This document shows positions 25,526 to 32,000 of a stretch of 32,000 nucleotides of DNA, one piece after another (the first letter of the stretch is position 1; every line of letters starts with the position of its first letter). The position numbers and the translations under genes were made by a program. Below the pieces are notes generated by a model. That model saw nothing but the letters and a program-made list of their open reading frames with translations. It was not told where the DNA came from and did no database searches. Source of the stretch: Corynebacterium amycolatum (GTDB lineage: Bacteria > Actinomycetota > Actinomycetes > Mycobacteriales > Mycobacteriaceae). The stretch lies in the NCBI RefSeq assembly GCF_049243625.1, contig NZ_CP046975.1. One strand, 5' to 3'.

Positions 25526-26233
25526 CTAAAGCATCCCGTTTTTCGCAGCCCAAATGACAAGATTCACGCGACTGCGTGAGCCCGTTTTTGTTAGTAGCGC
25601 TTTCACATGGGTTTTCACGGTCGTCGTGGCGACCACCAACCTGCGAGCGATCTCATCATTGGAAAGCCCCTGGCAGACGAGGTCCAAAATCTCCTGTTCT
25701 CGGGGTGTGAACTGGGTTTCTGCGTCAGTGGGGTCTGAGCCATCGCCATGTGTCGAGGAAGCGCTTGCTGACTGCTCGAAGTGGGTTGTGCGCGGTGAAA
25801 CGTGTCGCAACACCATTGGCGTCACCTTCGGATCGATGACTCCTTCACCGCGGTGGATACGCATGATGGCCGAAAGTAACTCACGGGGATCGGAGTCTTT
25901 GAGTAAAAAGCCTGCGGCTCCAGCCTCTAAAGCGCCAAGTACGAGGGATTCTTCGCGGAAGGTGGTCAGTACCAGGACTTTCGGAGCGGATGCGTGGGTC
26001 GCGCCTCCGGACGATGCCCCTCGCACGATTTGCCGCGTGGCCTCGATACCGTCCATCACTGGCATACGAATGTCCATGACGACCACATCTGCGCCGGAGG
26101 CAAGACGCACAGCCTCAGCACCGTCGCCCACGGCGCCAATGACTTTCATCTGCGGGTGGGCATCAATAAGCTGCGCAAAAGACTGCCGAATCAGCGCTTG
26201 ATCTTCAGCGACTAAAACTCGAATTACACCCAT
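25526..26233 (-). CDS. NarL/FixJ-family response regulator (REC + LuxR-type HTH)
   Basis: IRVLVAEDQALIRQ, a phospho-acceptor region DVVVMDIRMP, and a C-terminal FTPREQEILDLVCQGLSNDEIARRLVVATTTVKTHV. The interdomain linker is unusually long and Ser/Asp-rich. Confidence 0.9.
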   Translation of the reverse strand: MGVIRVLVAEDQALIRQSFAQLIDAHPQMKVIGAVGDGAEAVRLASGADVVVMDIRMPVMDGIEATRQIVRGASSGGATHASAPKVLVLTTFREESLVLGALEAGAAGFLLKDSDPRELLSAIMRIHRGEGVIDPKVTPMVLRHVSPRTTHFEQSASASSTHGDGSDPTDAETQFTPREQEILDLVCQGLSNDEIARRLVVATTTVKTHVKALLTKTGSRSRVNLVIWAAKNGML

Positions 26234-26268
26234 TGCTCGTCTTTCTATGCAGTGTCAATAGTTAGACC

Positions 26269-26284
26269 TGCTTTGGCCAAAGCA
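26269..26284. promoter_or_regulatory. Perfect 16-bp palindrome TGCTTTGGCCAAAGCA between the histidine kinase stop and the response regulator start
   Basis: Read directly. It starts 1 nt after the HK stop codon and ends 35 nt upstream of the RR ATG on the minus strand. Confidence 0.25.
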
Positions 26285-26285
26285 C

Positions 26286-27539
26286 TTATAGCTGAATGCT
26301 GACGCGGAACATACCGTCGCTTTCACCATAAGTCATCTCGCCACCGAGCTGCGCCACGCGTTCATCCAGACCAATCAGGCCAGCACCAGCTCGCTTCCTG
26401 TGTGCCAAGGCGTCGCTCACAGCCCGATTTGCGGTCACCAAATGAACCCGCGCCGGGCTGATATCGGCATCGGCAGATGGGGCAATAGGCGACTCAGTAG
26501 GCGATTCAATCGTCAACGTGAACTGACCAGCGCCCGATGAGTGCTTGGCCATATTCGCGGCCAACTCCGTCACTGCCCGCACCAGAGTCAAACGCTTCGC
26601 GAGTGGCCAATCCGCCAGCGCCTCATAAGACTCCGGCAGAGTCACCGAAACATCGCGACCCGGCGGACAAACAGCCGCAACCAGACGTGGAATCTCATTC
26701 GGGTCAGCGCTAATCTCGCCGCCTTCACGTAGTGCATCGACAAGCGCATGCACATCTCGCAACGATTGTTCTGCGGTCTCGGCAATACCTTCCAGCGTGG
26801 TCTTTTCAGCAGCGCGTTCCGCTCGTGAGTCATTCATCTCCGCCAGGTACAGTGCGGTTTGGGCCTGAACTTTAATAGAGGTGAGTCCGTGACCCACGAC
26901 ATCGTGAAGCTCCCGGGACAACTCCAACTTGTTGAGCGCCACGACGTTCTCCAACTCCGCGGCATGTTCCTCGGCGTTGATGCGCAGCCACAGCGGCACT
27001 GCGTACGCGCTCGCCGTGATGAGCACCGCGGGCAGACCGAAGACCAACAGCCGTTCCGGAGTAAAACCGAAGGCTGGAACCGCTGGGTTGAGGAAACTGC
27101 CAATCAACCCTAAAAAGAGCCCAACTATGCCCCAGGTGCGATTCTGTTCCCACCTGGTCACAGCCCATAACGATAATGGGGCGGCAACAATAATAGGGTC
27201 TACCCCAAGGTTCACCGGGGATAGCCACACCAGCAAGGCGAGGCCCGCTAGGGCACTGTATGTAACCACAAACGATGCGCGCACTGCTTTACGACGAAAC
27301 GCTGCGGCGCCGGCAATCATCGCGGACAGAACCAGATTGGTGACATAAGTGAAGCTCGGGCCATAAGTAAATAGCGGCGTCGTGCTCAACCAACAGCACA
27401 GCAGGAAAGCAGCCGCAATAGCGAGATCGGCAGCTGGGAACGAGCCGACGAAGTAACGCACCCGGCTGTGCCAGTCGAGTGGGGCAGGAGTCTGCGCGGT
27501 GGCAGACTGCGCGGGTGTAGGAGCAATGGTGCGCTGCAT
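26286..27539 (-). CDS. Intramembrane-sensing histidine kinase (HisKA_3 / NarX-DesK-LiaS type)
   Basis: About 5-6 N-terminal TM helices without a large extracytoplasmic loop, the H-box LSRELHDVVGHGLTSIKVQ, the N-box ELAANMAKHS and a G-box GAGLIGLDERVAQLGG. Confidence 0.88.
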   Translation of the reverse strand: MQRTIAPTPAQSATAQTPAPLDWHSRVRYFVGSFPAADLAIAAAFLLCCWLSTTPLFTYGPSFTYVTNLVLSAMIAGAAAFRRKAVRASFVVTYSALAGLALLVWLSPVNLGVDPIIVAAPLSLWAVTRWEQNRTWGIVGLFLGLIGSFLNPAVPAFGFTPERLLVFGLPAVLITASAYAVPLWLRINAEEHAAELENVVALNKLELSRELHDVVGHGLTSIKVQAQTALYLAEMNDSRAERAAEKTTLEGIAETAEQSLRDVHALVDALREGGEISADPNEIPRLVAAVCPPGRDVSVTLPESYEALADWPLAKRLTLVRAVTELAANMAKHSSGAGQFTLTIESPTESPIAPSADADISPARVHLVTANRAVSDALAHRKRAGAGLIGLDERVAQLGGEMTYGESDGMFRVSIQL

Positions 27540-27572
27540 GTGTCTAGGCTAGCGGTCGGTGACTTGCGCGGT

Positions 27573-28253
27573 TTAGTGTGAGTTTTCCACTTGCCGAAAA
27601 GTGATATTGATGCGGCCCTCTTTAAGCCCGCACCCCTCCGGCAAAGTGTCCGGACGAGTCTTGGGCACACCATGAAACGCAAGCCGCTTGGGACCACCAA
27701 ACACAATCACATCCCCGCTGGCGAGAGTCACGTCATCCCAGGGTTTGTTGCGGTTTTCAGTCCCGCCAATGCGGAACAGGGCCTCGTCACCGATAGAGAG
27801 CGACACAATTGGGGCAGGGGAGTTTTCGTTGCGATCCTGGTGCATCCCCATGGTGGCCCCGGGTGGGTAGTAGTTGACCAACGCCATGTCGGGCCGAAAA
27901 GTGGCAGGCCACTGGCTGAGGGATTCGTCGTAAAGCGCGGCGGCACGAAGTGCTTCGGTGGCGAGCTGCAGCAGATTGTCAGGCACAGGCGGGACGCGAA
28001 CGCCGCCTGCGTGCGTGACGTAGCGGTACGGATTCGTGGCCCACATGCGCCCCAGATGCAGCATGAAGACCTGCATCTGACCACTTTTGAGCTGCGGGCG
28101 AGTCATGGCCAGGGGAGTGCCGGCAACGTCGCGGGCGATGTCGCGGAGTTGCGTGATGATGCCGGCCTGCCGCTCCAATGGAAGCCACCCCGGAAGATGA
28201 ACAACTCCCGGCGTGATGCGGGCATCGTCGCGCGGGAGCTGATCGAAGAGCAT
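27573..28253 (-). CDS. alkB: AlkB-like Fe(II)/2-oxoglutarate-dependent dioxygenase
   Basis: HxD in MGMHQDRNE, a second His in LAFHGVP, and RINITFRQ (the RxNxTxR 2OG-binding motif). I prefer the ATG at 28253 (MLFDQLP...). The track start at 28454 overlaps the SDR gene. Confidence 0.78.
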   Translation of the reverse strand: MLFDQLPRDDARITPGVVHLPGWLPLERQAGIITQLRDIARDVAGTPLAMTRPQLKSGQMQVFMLHLGRMWATNPYRYVTHAGGVRVPPVPDNLLQLATEALRAAALYDESLSQWPATFRPDMALVNYYPPGATMGMHQDRNENSPAPIVSLSIGDEALFRIGGTENRNKPWDDVTLASGDVIVFGGPKRLAFHGVPKTRPDTLPEGCGLKEGRINITFRQVENSH

Positions 28254-28269
28254 AGGTCTAGTTTGCCTC

Positions 28270-29052
28270 TTAACCCGCGATGATTGCGTTAACCGGGCGG
28301 GACAGGAACTGCGGACCAATCTTGCCCAGGTAGCGCAGGATAAAGTCCGCTGCCGACACCGAGTAGAAGTGCCGCTGGCGCTCAATGAAGTTCTGCGGAT
28401 GCGTTGCCTTCCACACGGCATCTGCGACCTGATCCGGCGTGATGCGCACGCCAAGACGGCGGGTCGAACCAGCGGAAACGTCCGCCAGCTTGGTCTTCGC
28501 CCACAGCGGCATGATGGCGACGACGCGGATCTTGTCCTTGCGCCATTCCAAATCCAGAGCTTGCGTTAGACCCGAGACGTAGAACTTCGACGCAGAGTAC
28601 GGCGCGATGTGCGGCTGACCGTAGATACCCGAAGCCGAACCCATGTTGACCAGGTGAGACCCCTTGGTGCGCTTCAGGTACGGATGCGCCGCCTTCGCAC
28701 CCAGCGTCAGGCCGGTGCAGTTGATGTCCACCTGCGCGTGAATAATCTCCGGCGACTGGTCAGTGATATCGCCATCGCCGATGATGCCCGCGTTATTGTC
28801 CAGCACCGTCAGCTTGCCGCCGGTGTGGGAGGTGAAGTCCGCAAGCGCGTCCTCCCACTGCTTAAAGTCCGTCACGTCCAGCTTGCCGACGATTACCTCC
28901 GGGCGCTCAGCCTTAAGCTTCGCCAGGGCATCCTCGTTGATGTCGTAGACGCCTACGGTCCAGCCCGCGGCCAGGAACTTCTCGGCCACCGCGCGGCCAA
29001 TGCCCTGCGCGCCGCCGGAGATGAAAATGGACGGGGAATCAGAAGTAGCCAT
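28270..29052 (-). CDS. Short-chain dehydrogenase/reductase (SDR) family oxidoreductase
   Basis: The cofactor motif ISGGAQGIGRAVA (TGxxxGIG type), NNAG, and the catalytic YSASKFYV (YxxxK). Confidence 0.88.
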   Translation of the reverse strand: MATSDSPSIFISGGAQGIGRAVAEKFLAAGWTVGVYDINEDALAKLKAERPEVIVGKLDVTDFKQWEDALADFTSHTGGKLTVLDNNAGIIGDGDITDQSPEIIHAQVDINCTGLTLGAKAAHPYLKRTKGSHLVNMGSASGIYGQPHIAPYSASKFYVSGLTQALDLEWRKDKIRVVAIMPLWAKTKLADVSAGSTRRLGVRITPDQVADAVWKATHPQNFIERQRHFYSVSAADFILRYLGKIGPQFLSRPVNAIIAG

Positions 29053-29191
29053 AGCGCCTCAATCCTGTCTTTTCCTGCTGTTTTTATAAGTGGATAAATG
29101 TTATTCGCCAGCTTAGATGAGCATTTGTTGTTTAACAGCGGATTGGGGGAAACGCGCCCTGATTACAAACGCGCCCTCTACACTGGCCACC

Positions 29192-29635
29192 ATGAAACCC
29201 CTGAAGATTCCACCAGGTCCCGGCATCCCAAAGGGCCTCGTCATCCCCGCGGCGGAACTCACCGAACGCTTCGCGCGCTCCGGTGGACCGGGCGGTCAGG
29301 GCGTTAACACCACCGACTCCAAGGTGCAGCTATCGGTCGATATTGCCGAGCTCACCGTGCTTTCCGACGTCCACCGCCGCCGCGCTCTCCAGAACCTTAG
29401 CCACCGACTCGACGGCACGACACTCACAGTGTCCGTCACCACCCAGCGCTCCCAAGTGCGCAACCGCGCGGAAGCCCGGCGTCGCTTGGCGGAACTCATT
29501 CGGGAAGCCGTGCAGCCACCGCCTCCGAGACGCCGGCGGACTCGACCAAGTCGGGCCTCGATTGCCCGTCGTAAAGCGCAGAAGCAACGCCGCTCTGAGC
29601 TCAAAGCCAGCAGGCGCCGACCCAGCTCCTACTAG
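29192..29635 (+). CDS. arfB: ArfB-like peptidyl-tRNA hydrolase (RF-1 domain, GGQ) with a basic C-terminal tail
   Basis: SGGPGGQGVNTTDSKVQL (GGQ motif), a size of about 147 aa, and an Arg/Lys-rich tail PPPRRRRTRPSRASIARRKAQKQRRSELKASRRR, as in ribosome-rescue factor ArfB. I prefer the ATG at 29192 over the track start at 29117. Confidence 0.8.
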   Translation: MKPLKIPPGPGIPKGLVIPAAELTERFARSGGPGGQGVNTTDSKVQLSVDIAELTVLSDVHRRRALQNLSHRLDGTTLTVSVTTQRSQVRNRAEARRRLAELIREAVQPPPPRRRRTRPSRASIARRKAQKQRRSELKASRRRPSSY

Positions 29636-29676
29636 GGGAATATGGGATTTTCACGCATTCGTTGCAATATAGAGGA

Positions 29677-30603
29677 ATGAGCGAAAATCAGGCCCCTACC
29701 GAAAAGGCAGCTGAAGCCGTCGCGGAGTTCAACCGCGTGCCCTCGATCCTGTCCATCCAGTCGCATGTGAGCTACGGCCATGTGGGTAACTCCGCTGCCG
29801 TTTTCCCGCTGCAGCGCGCAGGTTTTGAAGTGTGGCCGGTCCACACCGTCGATTTCTCCAACCACACCGGCTATGGCCAGTGGCGCGGCCCGATGATTCC
29901 GGCCACGGATGTGCGCGAGGTTATCAAGGGTATCGATGAGCTGGGCAAGCTTGACGACGTCGATGCGATTATCTCTGGCTACCAGGGCGGTAGCGATATT
30001 GCGGATGTCATCATCGAGGCCGTGGCGCTGGCCAAGGAGCGCAACCCGAAGGCCATTTACTCGTGTGACCCGGTGATGGGAAATGCCAAGAGTGGCTGCC
30101 ACGTCTCGGATGACATTCCGCCGCTGCTGCGCGACAAGGTCGTGCCGGTGGCAGACGTGATTACGCCGAACCAGTTTGAGCTGGGATACCTGACAGGCCG
30201 CGAGGTCAGCGACCTGGAGTCCACCATTGCGGCAGCCCATGCTGCTCGTGAGATGGGCCCGGAGGCCGTGCTGGTCACCAGCGTGCTGCGTCCGGAGCGC
30301 AAGGAGGGCGAGATTGAGATGCTCGCCGTCAACGGTTCGGGCGCATGGCTGGTGGCGACACCGTACCTGCCGCTGAAGCGCAACGGTTCCGGTGATGTCA
30401 CGGCCGCGCTGTTCGCGGGTAACCTGCTGCGTGGTCGCGGTATTGACGGTGACCTTTCGGTCGCACTGGGCAACACAGCGGCCAGCATCTTTGAACTGCT
30501 GAAGGTCACGCACGAGTCCGGCTCTGGCGAGCTGGAGCTCGTTCGTGCGCAGGAGGCCTACGTCAACCCGGAGCAGCGGTTTGAGGTTACGAAGGTTCAG
30601 TAG
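29677..30603 (+). CDS. pdxY: Pyridoxal kinase
   Basis: ILSIQSHVSYGHVGNSAAVFPLQRAGFEVWPVHTVDFSNHTGYGQWRG is closely PdxY-like. The ribokinase-fold C-terminus has GSGD (NGSGDVTAALF). I prefer the ATG at 29677. Confidence 0.88.
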   Translation: MSENQAPTEKAAEAVAEFNRVPSILSIQSHVSYGHVGNSAAVFPLQRAGFEVWPVHTVDFSNHTGYGQWRGPMIPATDVREVIKGIDELGKLDDVDAIISGYQGGSDIADVIIEAVALAKERNPKAIYSCDPVMGNAKSGCHVSDDIPPLLRDKVVPVADVITPNQFELGYLTGREVSDLESTIAAAHAAREMGPEAVLVTSVLRPERKEGEIEMLAVNGSGAWLVATPYLPLKRNGSGDVTAALFAGNLLRGRGIDGDLSVALGNTAASIFELLKVTHESGSGELELVRAQEAYVNPEQRFEVTKVQ

Positions 30604-30624
30604 GGCTGGGGTGCAGTAGGGCTG

Positions 30625-30639
30625 GGGGGCTCAGCCCCC
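30625..30639. terminator. Short GC hairpin between convergent pdxY and menB (weak bidirectional terminator candidate)
   Basis: gggggc (30625-30630), tca, gccccc (30634-30639). There is no U-tract on either strand, hence the low confidence. Confidence 0.3.
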
Positions 30640-30643
30640 GCGC

Positions 30644-31612
30644 CTAGTAATAGAACGGGAATTCTTCCCAGTTCGGGGCACGCTTCTCCAAGAACGCTTC
30701 CTTGCCCTCGACGGCTTCGTCGGTCATGTAGGCCAGGCGAGTAGCCTCGCCCGCGAAGACCTGCTGGCCCATCAGGCCGTCGTCGGTTAGGTTGAAGGCG
30801 AACTTCAGCATGCGCTGCGCCGTCGGGGACTTACCGTTGATCATGCGACCCCACTCGACCGCGACATCTTCCAACTCAGCGTGGTCGGCGACCTCGTTCA
30901 CGGCGCCCATGCGGTGCATGGTCTCAGCGTCGTAGGAGCGGCCGAGGAAGAAAATCTCGCGGGCAAACTTCTGACCAACCTGCTTTGCCAGGTAGGCCGA
31001 GCCATAGCCGGCGTCGAAAGATCCCACGTCAGCGTCGGTCTGCTTAAAGCGGGCCTCCTGGCGCGATGCGAGCGTCAGGTCACACACCACGTGCAGGGAG
31101 TGTCCGCCACCTGCGGCCCAACCGTTGACCACGGCAATGACAACCTTCGGCATAGTGCGAATTAGGCGCTGCACCTCCAGGATGTGCAGGCGACCTCCCT
31201 CGACCTTGGCTCGCGCGGTATCGATGGTGGATGCGTCCGCGGTGGCGTCGTCATGCTCGTGAGACGTTGCGTACTGGTAACCGGAACGACCACGAATGCG
31301 CTGGTCGCCGCCCGAACAGAATGCCCAGCCACCGTCCTTGGTGCTCGGGCCGTTACCGGTCAGCAGCACAACGCCGACATCCGGAGTGCGACGCGCGTGG
31401 TCGAGCGCGCGGTAGAGCTCATCGACGGTATGCGGGCGGAATGCGTTACGAACCTCCGGGCGATCAAACGCAATACGCACAATGCCGTTCTCGCGGCCCT
31501 CGCCGACGTGGCGGTGGTAGGTGATGTCGGTCAAATCCTCAAAACCATCAACCGTCTTCCACTGCTCGGGGCGGAAGGGGTTATCGGTCGAGTACTTCGC
31601 GGTATCAGTCAT
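30644..31612 (-). CDS. menB: 1,4-dihydroxy-2-naphthoyl-CoA synthase
   Basis: Crotonase fold: VVLLTGNGPSTKDGGWAFCSGGDQ, GWAAGGGHSLHVVCDLT, QTDADVGSFDAGYGS and a C-terminal FLEKRAPNWEEFPFYY. I prefer the ATG at 31612 (MTDTAKYSTDNPF); ATGs at 31624 and 31639 are alternatives. The track N-terminus up to 31933 is antisense to menC. Confidence 0.9.
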   Translation of the reverse strand: MTDTAKYSTDNPFRPEQWKTVDGFEDLTDITYHRHVGEGRENGIVRIAFDRPEVRNAFRPHTVDELYRALDHARRTPDVGVVLLTGNGPSTKDGGWAFCSGGDQRIRGRSGYQYATSHEHDDATADASTIDTARAKVEGGRLHILEVQRLIRTMPKVVIAVVNGWAAGGGHSLHVVCDLTLASRQEARFKQTDADVGSFDAGYGSAYLAKQVGQKFAREIFFLGRSYDAETMHRMGAVNEVADHAELEDVAVEWGRMINGKSPTAQRMLKFAFNLTDDGLMGQQVFAGEATRLAYMTDEAVEGKEAFLEKRAPNWEEFPFYY

Positions 31613-31637
31613 GGCTTCCAGCATAAAGGTCTCTAGC

Positions 31638-32000
31638 ATGAGGGGTATGTCTGTGTCCGCTGCGCCCAACATCCAGTTTCCGCCAATCGATGGCATTCTC
31701 GACCGCGCCCACGTCGTGGCGCTACCCATGGCGGTGAAATTCCGCGGCGTCACCACCCGCGAGGCACTCCTCATCGACGGCCCCGCCACCTGGGGCGAGT
31801 TCGCGCCCTTCCTGGAGTACGAGGCGCCCGAAGCTGCCGCGTGGCTGCGCTCGGCCATCGAATGCGCATACGTTGGCCTGCCCACCCCGAAGCGCGAGTT
31901 TGTCGAGGTCAACGCCACCATCCCCGCCGTCACGCCCGAGCAGGTGCCGGAGGTCGTGGGGCGTTACCCCAGGTGTCGCACGTTCAAGGTCAAGGTCGCA
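31638..32000 (+). CDS. menC: o-Succinylbenzoate synthase, N-terminal part (runs off the window, so it is absent from the ORF track)
   Basis: The frame is open from the ATG at 31638 (or 31647) to base 32000 in exactly 121 codons: MRGMSVSAAPNIQFPPIDGILDRAHVVALPMAVKFRGVTTREALLIDGPATWGEFAPFLEYE... This resembles the short actinobacterial MenC N-terminus (from memory). It is divergent from menB. Confidence 0.72.
   Translation, partial: MRGMSVSAAPNIQFPPIDGILDRAHVVALPMAVKFRGVTTREALLIDGPATWGEFAPFLEYEAPEAAAWLRSAIECAYVGLPTPKREFVEVNATIPAVTPEQVPEVVGRYPRCRTFKVKVA

Noticed and set aside
28254-28454. Extension of the alkB-like ORF to 28454, and of the menE ORF to 21234
   Set aside because: The alkB extension overlaps the 3' end of the SDR gene and is Arg/Cys/Ser-rich. 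The menE extension would leave only 29 bp to the divergent msrA. Internal ATGs give proteins of the expected family size.
29632-30513. 293-aa minus-strand ORF opposite pdxY
   Set aside because: Shadow ORF. The plus frame is closely PdxY-like over its full length.
31613-31933. N-terminal extension of the menB ORF to 31933 (429 aa)
   Set aside because: The extension is antisense to the menC 5' region. It is Ser/Ala/Arg-rich and has no crotonase homology. The MenB-like sequence starts at MTDTAKY (31612).

Overview
High-GC actinobacterial chromosome segment. Gene order matches the Corynebacteriales respiratory-cofactor region (the Mycobacterium tuberculosis Rv0510-Rv0529 heme and cytochrome c maturation block plus men genes), so the source is probably a Corynebacterium-like organism; this is inferred from synteny only. 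Left to right: hemC (3' part), a SUMT-like/hemD fusion, hemB, two small membrane proteins, a full-length CopA-like P-type ATPase, hemL, a histidine phosphatase, the System II cytochrome c maturation genes (ResA-like thioredoxin lipoprotein, ccdA, resB, ccsA), rmlB, a 565-bp structured repeat region, rmlC, rmlA, two small membrane proteins, an alpha/beta hydrolase coupled to menA, and menE. A mixed block follows: msrA, a YkvI-like membrane protein, a histidine kinase/response regulator/ABC ATPase/double-length permease operon, alkB-like, an SDR, arfB-like and pdxY. The window ends with menB and the 5' part of menC. No rRNA, tRNA, CRISPR array or transposase gene was recognised. Most noteworthy: (1) the P1B ATPase keeps its whole scaffold, but every catalytic and metal-binding motif is substituted (DKTGT->NRVGT, TGE->GIG, CPC->APV, GDGxND->GDKDIRD, HMA CxxC->NAES), so it is a candidate pseudo-enzyme inside the heme/cytochrome cluster. 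(2) The SUMT-like N-domain fused to HemD also has its signature Asp residues replaced. (3) The rmlB-rmlC spacer holds two tandem ~176-bp units, each a 20-22 bp hairpin, whose loops carry an identical 30-nt core in opposite orientation. (4) An alpha/beta hydrolase sits 9 bp downstream of menA and is a MenH candidate. All calls come from reading the translations and sequence; no database search was run.
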